From: Nitrospirota bacterium
GTDB lineage: Bacteria; Nitrospirota; UBA9217
Direction: 5' to 3'
Assembly: GCA_963749655.1 (NCBI GenBank)
Contig: CAVVOB010000013.1
Location: 160,001-224,000, forward strand
Length of the DNA: 64,000 bases
The translations under genes and the position numbers were made by a program. This document shows positions 9,965-19,010 of this stretch, piece after piece (positions within the stretch are counted from its first letter, which is position 1; every line of letters begins with the position of its first letter). The notes under the pieces were generated by a model. That model was not told where the DNA came from and made no database searches. It worked only from the letters and a program-made list of their open reading frames with translations.

Positions 9965-10055
9965 ACCGCGAAGGCGCGAGGGACGCGAGGAGGTAAATTC
10001 TGAATTAAAATTAAAGGGGTATAGGCCGTCCTGGCGACCTTTGCGCCCTCGCGGT
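9965..10055. repeat. Inverted tandem-unit element, 9-nt unit, ACCGCG...CGCGGT termini
   Basis: ACCGCGAAGGCGCGAGGGACGCGAGGA / TCCTGGCGACCTTTGCGCCCTCGCGGT around an AT-rich spacer. Confidence 0.75.
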
Positions 10056-10229
10056 TCCATGCCTTGATTCATCGGGAAAAAGTAGCAGCAATGACATGCC
10101 CTCCGCGTTTTGGACCCCGGAAAACCCACCTTATCCATCCTCTTTCAGCAAGCAGCCGACCGGCCTTCATCAGTGGTGATAAAATAAGATCAGGATTACC
10201 TGAAAGGTATTCCGGGCGAAGATAATTTG

Positions 10230-11675
10230 ATGAAAGTCAGTTCTGCATACGAGTGGATTAAGATAGCAGTCCCGCTATCGGCCGTCGTGCTGCTTCTCTT
10301 GCACGGCTGCGGCACAAAAAACACAGGTTCCACGGCAACGTCGCCGGTGGTGGCGATCAGCATAACACCGGGAACGCCCAGCATTGCACCCAACACGACG
10401 TTGCAACTGGCCGCATCGGGCAAACGGGCCGACGGTTTAAGCGGCGCCCTGACGGCGCTGGTGACCTGGGGAAGCTCGAATCCCTCCATTGCTTCGGTGG
10501 ACAGCAAGGGTTTGGCGACAGCCCTGAGCGCTGGTTCGACAACGATCTCTGCGCAGTCCGGATCGCTGGCGGGTACTGTCACGCTGACCGTATCGCCGGT
10601 CGGCGCCCTGGCTGTGACGCCTTCTTCGCAGACCATCGCCGTTGGCACGACGTTTCAGTTCACTGCAACGGCGACTTTGCTGAACGGAGCAACGCAGGAC
10701 CTCACTACGTTCGTTACCTGGGCGTCATCAGACACGAGCGTAGCGACCACAGCACGCGGTCTGGCGACCGCTTCTTCCACGACAACGGGAGCGACTACTC
10801 TATCGGCTTCGTGGAGCGGCATTACGGGAACAGCGAGTCTTAGCGTCTCTTTAGTATCGTCGATCGCGGTCAGCCCGGCAAGCGCATCCATCATTCTGGG
10901 AACATCCCAGCAGTTTACTGCTATGGGAGTGCTGTCCACGGGCGGCTCGACGCAGGACCTGACATCGTGGGCTGCCTGGACGTCGACGTCGCCTGCCGTG
11001 GCATCGGTCAGCAGCACGGCTGGATCGAAAGGCCTGGCAATTTCCGCATCAGCAGGGACGACGTTTATCAGCGCAACCTATGCAGGAGTTGTCTCGAATG
11101 CAGCGATCTTGACGGTCACCGCCGCGGTCATCAATTCCATCGCAGTTACCCCGGTGAGCGCGAGTGTTGCGGTCGGCGGCACCCAGCAGTTTGTTGCCAT
11201 GGGAACCTATTCCGACGGCACCCAGAAGGACATCAGCGCTGCGGCAACGTGGACTTCAAATGCTCCAGCGGTTGCGACTATAAGTAATGCCGCCGGGTCC
11301 AACGGCCTGGCAACGGCAAAGGCGGCAGGGACGACGAGCATTTCCGCTTCCTTCTCGGGAAAGACTTCAAACAGCGCCGCCATGACGGTCATTCCGGCGG
11401 TGCTGATGTCCATGACCCTGTCACCGGCGAATCCCAGCATGGTCATGGGCACGGTCGTGCAATTCACCGCCATCGGCACCTTATCCGACGGCACGACAAC
11501 AGACTTGACCTCGTCGGCGACCTGGACCTCATCCAACCAGCAGGTTGCGACCGTGAGCGATCAGGTGGGTTCCAAAGGCCTTGCCACGTCCGCCGCCGTC
11601 ACGGGAACGTCGACAATAACCGCGACATCGGGACCGGTCTCGGGAAGCACCGTCCTGACAGTTACACTCTTCTGA
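10230..11675 (+). CDS. Lipoprotein with about five bacterial Ig-like (Big_2) repeats
   Basis: Lipobox LHGC; repeated SIAVTP...QFTA.G..SDG...DLT..ATW.SS...VA units of about 90 aa. Confidence 0.88.
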   Translation: MKVSSAYEWIKIAVPLSAVVLLLLHGCGTKNTGSTATSPVVAISITPGTPSIAPNTTLQLAASGKRADGLSGALTALVTWGSSNPSIASVDSKGLATALSAGSTTISAQSGSLAGTVTLTVSPVGALAVTPSSQTIAVGTTFQFTATATLLNGATQDLTTFVTWASSDTSVATTARGLATASSTTTGATTLSASWSGITGTASLSVSLVSSIAVSPASASIILGTSQQFTAMGVLSTGGSTQDLTSWAAWTSTSPAVASVSSTAGSKGLAISASAGTTFISATYAGVVSNAAILTVTAAVINSIAVTPVSASVAVGGTQQFVAMGTYSDGTQKDISAAATWTSNAPAVATISNAAGSNGLATAKAAGTTSISASFSGKTSNSAAMTVIPAVLMSMTLSPANPSMVMGTVVQFTAIGTLSDGTTTDLTSSATWTSSNQQVATVSDQVGSKGLATSAAVTGTSTITATSGPVSGSTVLTVTLF

Positions 11676-12071
11676 CAAAACAATTCGCAATTCAAAATTC
11701 GCAAGTTGATACTTGTCTAAATCGCCGAATTATCGTAATGTCGTTGTGCGGGAGTTTCCTTCCGGATGCGGTTAGACCTTATCACATTCTCCCGTTCATG
11801 ACCGCTTGACCTGAATTTTATCTGCAATGCCGTCCTCTCATGGAGGCCTCTTCTCAGCGGAGAAAGAGCCGGGTGAGGGAATTTCCGGAATTTGTATAAC
11901 GATTAGTATGGTAATTTGGATCAACCTAATGCTCCACGCGGTCCGCTGCCGGTGCGTGAACTCCTCGTGATATCTGGATCTTCTGACTTTCCTGTGGGTC
12001 ACTAAGAAGCATATATATGGATATAAGGCCCATTTGAAGCTGCTTTTAACGATTTATTGCTCTTTGATAAC

Positions 12072-12100
12072 TTGACACGTTTCGGTGCAAAGGGTATCGT
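12072..12100 (+). promoter_or_regulatory. sigma70-like promoter of the ISL3 transposase
   Basis: TTGACA-17 nt-TATCGT, 8 nt before ATG 12109. Confidence 0.5.
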
Positions 12101-12108
12101 CTTGCCTT

Positions 12109-13340
12109 ATGAAGAAGACCACCCTTAGCTCGCTCTATAGCTTTCCGGGATTTCGAGCCCAGTCACGGTTAAAGGATGACCCGGACGATCCCGGTGGTCG
12201 TATTATCATCCTGCGACGACGGCAAAAAAAACTACCTGTTCCTGTGGCAGTAGCCGACGAGGCTTCTACGATCGCGTCAACCATCGGGTCAGAGATCTGG
12301 ACTCCGGCGGCATTCGGATCTCTCTTGAGTTCGAGTATCGCCGCATATTCTGCCGGAGGTGCCAAGCCGTGAAGCGAGAGACCCTTGCCTGGCTGGCATC
12401 ATCCAAGAGATTCACCGGACGGTTCGAACAGGCCATTGGGCGTCAGTGTCGTGAAATGTCCATATCGCGAGTAGCTGAGATGAACCGCTTAAGCTGGGAC
12501 CAGGTCCAGCGCATCGAGAAAAGCTACATGCGTGATTTGCTGGCGAAGCACCCGCCGTCCAAGGACCTTCGCGTGATCGGCATCGATGAAATATCCATCC
12601 GTAAGGGCCATACCTATGCAATCGTTGTTGCCGATCTGGATCAGCAGCGCCCGATATGGCTTGGCGGCAACGGCCGCAAGGAAGAGGATTTAGACCTCTT
12701 CTTCAATGAAATTGGACCGGATATATCGAAGGGCATCAAGCTGGCGGTCATGGATATGTGGAAGCCTTTCAGAAACGCTACTAAACACCATGCACCGGAC
12801 GCTCAGCTCGTCTTCGACAAGTTCCATGTACTCCGGCACCTGTCGTTCGCCTTGGATGAGGTTAGGCGGAGCGAATACAAACGTGTCAATGACAAAGAAC
12901 GACGGTTCATCAAGGGCCAGCGCTATACGCTGCTTTCAAACCGGGACAACCTGGATATGAATGGCAAGCGGGCTTTGAAACTCCTACTCAAGGCCAATAG
13001 CCGCCTTCACAAGGCTTATTTACTCAAGGAATCTTTCGGCCAGCTGTGGTCATACAACAATCCGACCTGGGCACGGAAGTTCTTTGAGAACTGGAAAGAA
13101 CAGCTTCGCTGGAGCCGCTTGGAACCGTTTCAAAAGTTTGCTGCAATGATCGAACGCCACTGGGATGGAATCATCAGTTACTGTCATCCCGACAACAAGG
13201 TCTCCCTCGGGTTCATGGAGGGATTAAACAACAAGATTCGGGTAATTCAACGTCGGGCTTATGGCATAAAGGATAAAGAGTATCTTCAGCTGAAGGTGCT
13301 GACTTCCTTTCTCCCAGATGCTATAAATGACCCACACTAA
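12109..13340 (+). CDS. ISL3 transposase, split by a -1 frameshift at A8 (12224-12231)
   Basis: ORF1 MKKTTLSSLYSFPGF...RRRQKK joins the -1 frame TTCSCG...CRRCQAVKRE (Zn finger), which continues into the DDE domain (GIDE, MDMW, DKFH, EGLNNKI). Confidence 0.9.
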
Positions 13341-13368
13341 ACCCGGAAGACCCTGATATCTTAAGGAG

Positions 13369-13872
13369 ATGGTGATGCGTTTTTTACTATTGTCGTCATT
13401 ATTGTTGATGGTGCATCCTCCGGTTGCAACGGCAGAGCCAAGTGCAATAATACTGTCGGACACAGCCGGATGTCCAAAGAACAATCCATTCAAGGAAGAC
13501 AACTTGAAGGTCATAGTTCAAGACGATGAAAAACTGCTTGAGAGCAAAAACTTTTGTTCGTCATACGGCGAGGCAACTGCGGAAATTGAAAAAGACGCTC
13601 AAGGAGTTTCCTTCCTCCTTCTTCGTTATGAAATAGGGAGAGGCATACATGCTAGAAACGAATATCTTGCTGTTTATAAAGTTGATCGTTATTAGATCGA
13701 ACATTGCATTATCCCGATATCCGCACCTGCCGGGCCGCAGAGCGAATGGCGGTACAAGTATCACGTCTCAAAACCATCATCCGGCGGTTTGAGATTGAAC
13801 ATGACGCTGGATGTCGGCAAAGATGCCGAGCTGTTTCCCGCTGACAAATCCCGGCAGATTGAAGTGAGATAG
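13369..13872 (+). pseudogene. Exported hypothetical protein with an in-frame TAG at 13693-13695
   Basis: AAGGAG RBS and signal peptide; the same frame stays open after the TAG (IEHCIIPISAPAGP...RQIEVR*). Confidence 0.6.
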
Positions 13873-14126
13873 TGAAATGTCGGGTGTCTCTGAAAGACGC
13901 GCCCTTCAAGCGCAATCGTGCGCGAGTAAAAATGGTCTGAAAGAAGCAGAGTCGTTGAACATATTTCTCCTTGCTCCTTTCGCTCAAGTAGGGTATTCTC
14001 GACCTATCGGGAGAACACCGTAGAGAAGTTTTCCCTTTCACCGAAGACCCTCCCTGGCAGCAGTTTTTCGAGTCAATAAAATAAGAAAAGCACAAACAGA
14101 AGCAGCGTCCCGCTATCGGTGCGTTT

Positions 14127-16514
14127 ATGCAGAATACCATGTCAAAATTTCAATACACCCTTCTGATCGGGGCCTTCTCGTTCTACGCCGCTATCACACT
14201 CTTCGGTTTTAATGCGCTCTACGAATCGCCCTATACCGGTCTCAGGCTGACGCCCTGGAGAGAAAAAATTCTTGTCGAAGGCGTTGATTCAGGCAGCCCG
14301 GCAGACATTAGCGGTGTCCGGTTCGGGGATAGACTGATAACGGTAAATGGCGATGAGATCCCCCCTATTGTTTTTTTTGAAGAGCCCGATCATCTTCGGT
14401 GGAAAAAAGACCGGTCGGTTTTCCGGCACTGGCGGGAGCGGTTTGACGAAACGATCGACAAAGGGAGATTCCTGACCCTTGGGATCCAGAGGGCCGGGGA
14501 ACATATCACGGTCTCTTTCATTCCAACACAGTTTCCGTTCAGCAGGGCCTTGCTCAGAACCCTGCCGGCATATGCTGTCGCGTGGGCCTCGACGGTGCTA
14601 GCCCTGATCGTACTGCGGAAAAAACAGGACGAGGTTGCCCGGCTAAATGTCATGATGTGGTACGTGACAGGCATTGTCGGCATCACGTTGACACCCTACA
14701 CCGTGCGTGACATTGCCTTCCCGACAGACGCCATGCTGACGCTGTCCCGGATCAATCGCCTTGCAATGTTTTTTTCGGTCTTCGCATGGATCAATTTTAT
14801 CCTCGTATTCCCGCGGAGGAGAAAGGTGCTTGATGTCTATCCCGGGATAGGAGTGGGTTTATACGCGGCAGCAGTACTGCTGACCCTTCTCGATCTTGCC
14901 GGCGCATTCGACGATACGTTTGTTCTCTCTTATAGCGCGGTCGGAGGAGGCGGCGCAATTATCGCATTCCGGCTCATATACGATCTGGTGAAAGAACGGG
15001 ACTCGTCTTCAGAGAAGCAGATCCAGTGGGTCGTTTTCGGCATAGCGGGCGGGGACCTTGTTCAGTCTCTTGATTCTGCACTTTATCCCGCTTCTGCTGG
15101 GTTTGCCGTGCCATAAGCGACGGGTCGGCATATCTTCTTCTGGTCTTCGCGGCGGCGGGGTTTGCTTTTGCCATCACGCGCTACCGTCTGATGGACATCG
15201 ATACGATCGTCGATCAAGCCATCATTTTCGGTCTGACCATTCTCATCCTGGAAGGTCTCGAGCTTGCGTTCTTCGGGCTCATCGCGCCCCGCTTCCCCGT
15301 AGCATTGAGCGCGCCATATCTGTCGATCGCGACGATTCTTCTGATCGTATTTCTTTATCTGCCGGTGCGGAATCGGGTGAAAAGGGGAGTGGAACGGCTG
15401 TTTAAACGGGGCATCTATGACAGCGAGGAAGAGCTGAGGAAATTCACGTTCCTTCTCGGCGCGTGCGACCATACGCCGGCAATGGAGAAATTTACCGCCT
15501 TTGTGCGGGAGCTCTTGGGCGCACGCGGAGTGCGGATCGTAATGCTCGAGGAGCATGCCGGTTTACCGGGCCGGAGCTGGCAGCGGGTCGCTGTCCGGAG
15601 ATACGGGTCACCGGACATCAGCGCGAAACATTTAGCCGGCTATTTTCAAAGCAGAAGAAATTCGTCGTTCGGGTACGAAATCGTGGAAAGCGGCCTTCGA
15701 GCGCGCCGAGCCGTCGAGGGATATGGCAGCGTCGCTTTTCGTTCCTTTTTTTGTCGCCGACGAATGCACCGGTGTCGTGGTCCTTTTACCGAAGTGGAAC
15801 GGGACCGTGTATTCAAGAAAAGACCGGTCCTTGCTCGAGGCCTGCGCAGTAGCATGCTCCTACGCGCTGGCTGCGGAGCGGAAGCGGGCGGAACTGGAGC
15901 AGGAAAGGACGCGGCTTGCCCGCGAGATCCATGACGGCATCAGCTCCGAGTTCTCCGGCATTCTCTCCTATGGCGAGAAAGGCGGTCAATGCATCGGCGA
16001 CGGGATGTCGGCTGCATCTGCGGAGGAATTGTTCTCCAGGATCGTAACCTCCTCGCGGCGCGGCCTGCAGGAGCTCCGGAACATCGTCTGGGCGCTTAAT
16101 ACGGAACGTCAGTCCCTCGGTTACCTGGCCGCGTATGTAAAACGCTTTACTGCGGATTTCCTTGATGCAGGCGGGATCGCCCTATCCATGCGCAACCCCG
16201 ACGACCGTGAGAATGTGATGCTGCCGCCGACCATCTCACTGACCTTGTTTCGCATCGTCCAGGAACTGTGTCACAATGCACTGAAATATTCAGGCGCCGC
16301 GTGCGTTACAGTGGACCTCCGCACAGCAAGGGGCCTGATCGCGCTCTCCTTCGCAGATGACGGCAAAGGCTATGACCCCGGCCTTCCTCCGGCGGGCACG
16401 GGCAATGGTCTTCGGAACATCGAAAAGCGCGTGGAGGAACTCGGCGGTACGCTACAGATCAAAACGGCCCCGGGAAAAGGGACCATGGTAGCCGTGCAGG
16501 TCCCCCTGCCGTGA
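14127..16514 (+). CDS. Membrane sensor histidine kinase (PDZ, multi-TM, GAF-like, HisKA_3/HATPase), frameshifted
   Basis: PDZ (VDSGSPADISGVRFGDRL), RLAREIHDG, QELCHNALKYS, DDGKG and GNGLRNI spread over ORFs 14127-15116, 15191-15934 and 15723-16514. Confidence 0.8.
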
Positions 16515-16556
16515 CATCCCAGTTTGGGCGATTGTAAAAAAAATCGTCAGGGAGTA

Positions 16557-17214
16557 TTGTTGAACTCCAGGAATATTCTGATCGTCGAAGACCACGAGCC
16601 GACCCGCAACCGCCTCGCAACCATGCTCAAAGGCCGCAAGGGGTATGCGGTCATAGCCGCGTTCGGGGACGCCGAATCCGCCCTGGAACGGCTCAAGACC
16701 GAGATCCCCGATCTGATCATCATGGACCTCGGACTGCCGGGCATGTCGGGCATCGAGGCGATCACGGCTATCAAGAGCCTGTATCCGGCTGTCGAGATAC
16801 TGGTTTTCACGGTGATGGAAGACGACGACAAGGTCTTTGCATCATTGCGCGCTGGAGCCTCGGGATATCTTCTGAAGGACTGCGACGCCCCAGCAGATTT
16901 TCACGTCGCTTGATGAATTAGAATCCGGCGGCGCGCCCATGTCCTTTTCCATTGCGCGCAAGGTCCTGGGCGAGTTCCAGAGGGTCGCCCTCGGAGGACG
17001 CCCTGTCCGATATCATCCCCCCCTGTCGTCCCGGGAGACCGCGATTCTCGAAATGCTGTACAAGGGCGACAGCTATAAAGAGATTGCGGACAAGCTGTCC
17101 CTGAGCATCCATACGGTCCACACCCATATAAAAAATACTTACGTCAAGCTCCACGTCAATTCCCGCTCCCAGGCCATCTATGAGGCGTGCAGGCAGAAAA
17201 TCATCAAGCGATAG
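16557..17214 (+). CDS. NarL/LuxR-family response regulator, one frameshift near 16880
   Basis: REC domain (IVEDH, IMDLGLPG, GYLLKD) plus LuxR HTH (LSSRE...TVHTHIKN) in the next frame. Confidence 0.85.
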
Positions 17215-17373
17215 CTGTTGGTATCTCATTTAGCTCGATTCAGAAAATCCCCGGTAAATGCCCTGTTGCGCCTGTTCTCCTGTAATTTATTGTTGCCATT
17301 CCCGGTTTTGGCGAATTGACGGAACCCTCTCACTCCCCATAAACGGCTTTATTAAAACAAGGAGGAAATAGCC

Positions 17374-17508
17374 ATGCCGTCAACTCTTATGAAGAAGCCT
17401 GCAGGAGGAATGCTTTTCGCTGCTGTATTCCTGGTTTTCGGCTGCAGCGGCGACCAGTATGACGCGATCGCATTGCAGTATGCGGGCAATAATGCCTTTC
17501 GGTCCTGA
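17374..17508 (+). pseudogene. Short or truncated lipoprotein (44 aa)
   Basis: AAGGAGG RBS; MPSTLMKKPAGGMLFAAVFLVFGC lipobox, then an early TGA. Confidence 0.4.
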
Positions 17509-17790
17509 TCCATGAAGGGGAGTAGACAATTCGATAGGCATAATCGCTCGATCAACATATAACTCATAATTTCAGGGAACGTGTCCTTTGCATTGAATAG
17601 AACTCGATTGCAATTTTGACTGTATGGGTAATAAGACACTGGAGCAGGAGAGATATTAAAAAGGGCGAGGAGAAGGCAAGGAGGCATTAACGAGGGAAAT
17701 TGCAGGAAATTGATGACGTTCCTTCTATAGATTAGGGGGGAATGACGATACTCTGCAGGACTTATTTCTCCTTTTTGTCCTTGACGCCAG

Positions 17791-17937
17791 CTAATATTCC
17801 CGCTTGTTGTATACCGTCAGGTATCAGGGATGGTCCTCGTCGTCCGGATAGGTCTCCGTCGAAGGACAGGGGTAATCGCGCATGGCGTGGAAGGATATGG
17901 GATCGATGACGTCGGTTACGCCGAAATATTGCAGCAT
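17791..17937 (-). pseudogene. Relic paralogous to the C-terminus of the 1940-aa cytochrome
   Basis: VIDPISFHAMRDYPCPSTETYPDDEDHP*YLTVYNKREY* aligns with TVEPLPFKAMTNYPYDPAVENYPSDVDHTEYRLQYNTREN*; internal TGA at 17824-17826. Confidence 0.65.
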
Positions 17938-17969
17938 GGGTCGGACTTTAGGATATCCGCATCGAACGC

Positions 17970-18019
17970 AAAAAGAGCGACACTGAGGGTTATCACGCTG
18001 AGCGCTGCCCTCAGTGTCG
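17970..18019 (-). terminator. Rho-independent terminator downstream of the cytochrome operon
   Basis: Perfect 12-bp stem CGACACTGAGGG/CCCTCAGTGTCG followed by a T5 tract on the minus strand. Confidence 0.6.
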
Positions 18020-18151
18020 TTTGTATGGCCCTGCCGCGCACTTAACAGGGATGCACCACCGCGCTCCCGACGATTTTGGGAGCCACATACTTGATTTTAC
18101 CTTTCACGCTCCACCTCCTTTCCTGGACGCCTCATTATCGCATGCGGAATA

Positions 18152-18946
18152 TCATTTGTTTGCGGATCCCCGGCCGGGAAACTTACTGACTTTGATGTTG
18201 ATCGCAGACGTGCTTAGCCCCGTCGACACGTTCACTGCCGCTGCTTCTCTTTCACCATAGGCGCCGATCATCTCGCCGGCGGAAGGCGGGCCGCCGCCGT
18301 AAACACTCCTCGACTTCAGGTAATAGCTTCCGCCCTTGTGGACCCTCAAAATATACCTTCCGTCCTTGCTCGTTCGCTCAGAGGCAAAAACGGGCTTCCC
18401 CGACATCGCGGGCGACGTATAGGCGAATACCAGGGCGTTTTCGACGGGTTTTCCCTGCGGATCAATGACCGTCCCCTCGATTGCGGTGATTTCGCCGGGC
18501 TCCGTCGCAGCTTTTTTGAAGGGGACCGCCCCGGAGATCACCCCGATATCGATCATTTCTCCCTGTATTACGCGATAGACCAGGGGTGAACCTTTTTCGT
18601 CCGCGCTGGCAAAAAAATAATCGCCTTCCTTCGGCGGGCCTGTCTTCTCACCCGATGTTCTTTTTATCGCTCCCGCAAAGTATTTGCCCTCAGGGAGAGC
18701 GATCGAAAACCAACCCTCGTCATTGATCGGGGCCACATAGTCCGGGATCCTCCAGTATTTGTCCCGGGATGGCGGAGGACCGGAGGCCTCGCTGAAGAAA
18801 AATATCTGCCCCCCGGACATCGGGCCGCCGCCCTTCAGCATCAGACGTCCGGTTACCGCGCCTGTTTTGCCCTCCGGGACTGCCGTGGTGACGATGCAAA
18901 GGGAACCTGCAAAAAAGAAGAGGACCGGAAGAAAGGAATGTTTCAT
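18152..18946 (-). CDS. Exported protein with two carboxypeptidase-regulatory-like beta-sandwich domains
   Basis: AAGGAG RBS, MKHSFLPV signal peptide, IEGTVIDPQGKPVENALVFAY...SKDGRYIL; directly downstream of the cytochrome. Confidence 0.75.
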   Translation of the reverse strand: MKHSFLPVLFFFAGSLCIVTTAVPEGKTGAVTGRLMLKGGGPMSGGQIFFFSEASGPPPSRDKYWRIPDYVAPINDEGWFSIALPEGKYFAGAIKRTSGEKTGPPKEGDYFFASADEKGSPLVYRVIQGEMIDIGVISGAVPFKKAATEPGEITAIEGTVIDPQGKPVENALVFAYTSPAMSGKPVFASERTSKDGRYILRVHKGGSYYLKSRSVYGGGPPSAGEMIGAYGEREAAAVNVSTGLSTSAINIKVSKFPGRGSANK

Positions 18947-19010
18947 AAAGGATGCTCCTTTCCTTGCCGGTGTCGCATGCGTCGGAACAGTCGCGGCTGT
19001 CCGCCCGCCG

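Larger units (their letters stand above)
11976..13353 (+). mobile_element. ISL3-family insertion sequence, complete
   Basis: Imperfect 26-bp terminal IRs (GGATCTTCTGACTTTCCTGTGGGTCA vs GGGTCTTCCGGGTTTAGTGTGGGTCA, 20/26); 8-bp direct repeat TGATATCT at 11968-11975 and 13354-13361. Confidence 0.93.

Noticed and set aside
17824-17826. TGA in the cytochrome relic as selenocysteine
   Set aside because: The aligned residue is not Cys, no SECIS is evident, and the fragment lacks the rest of the gene.
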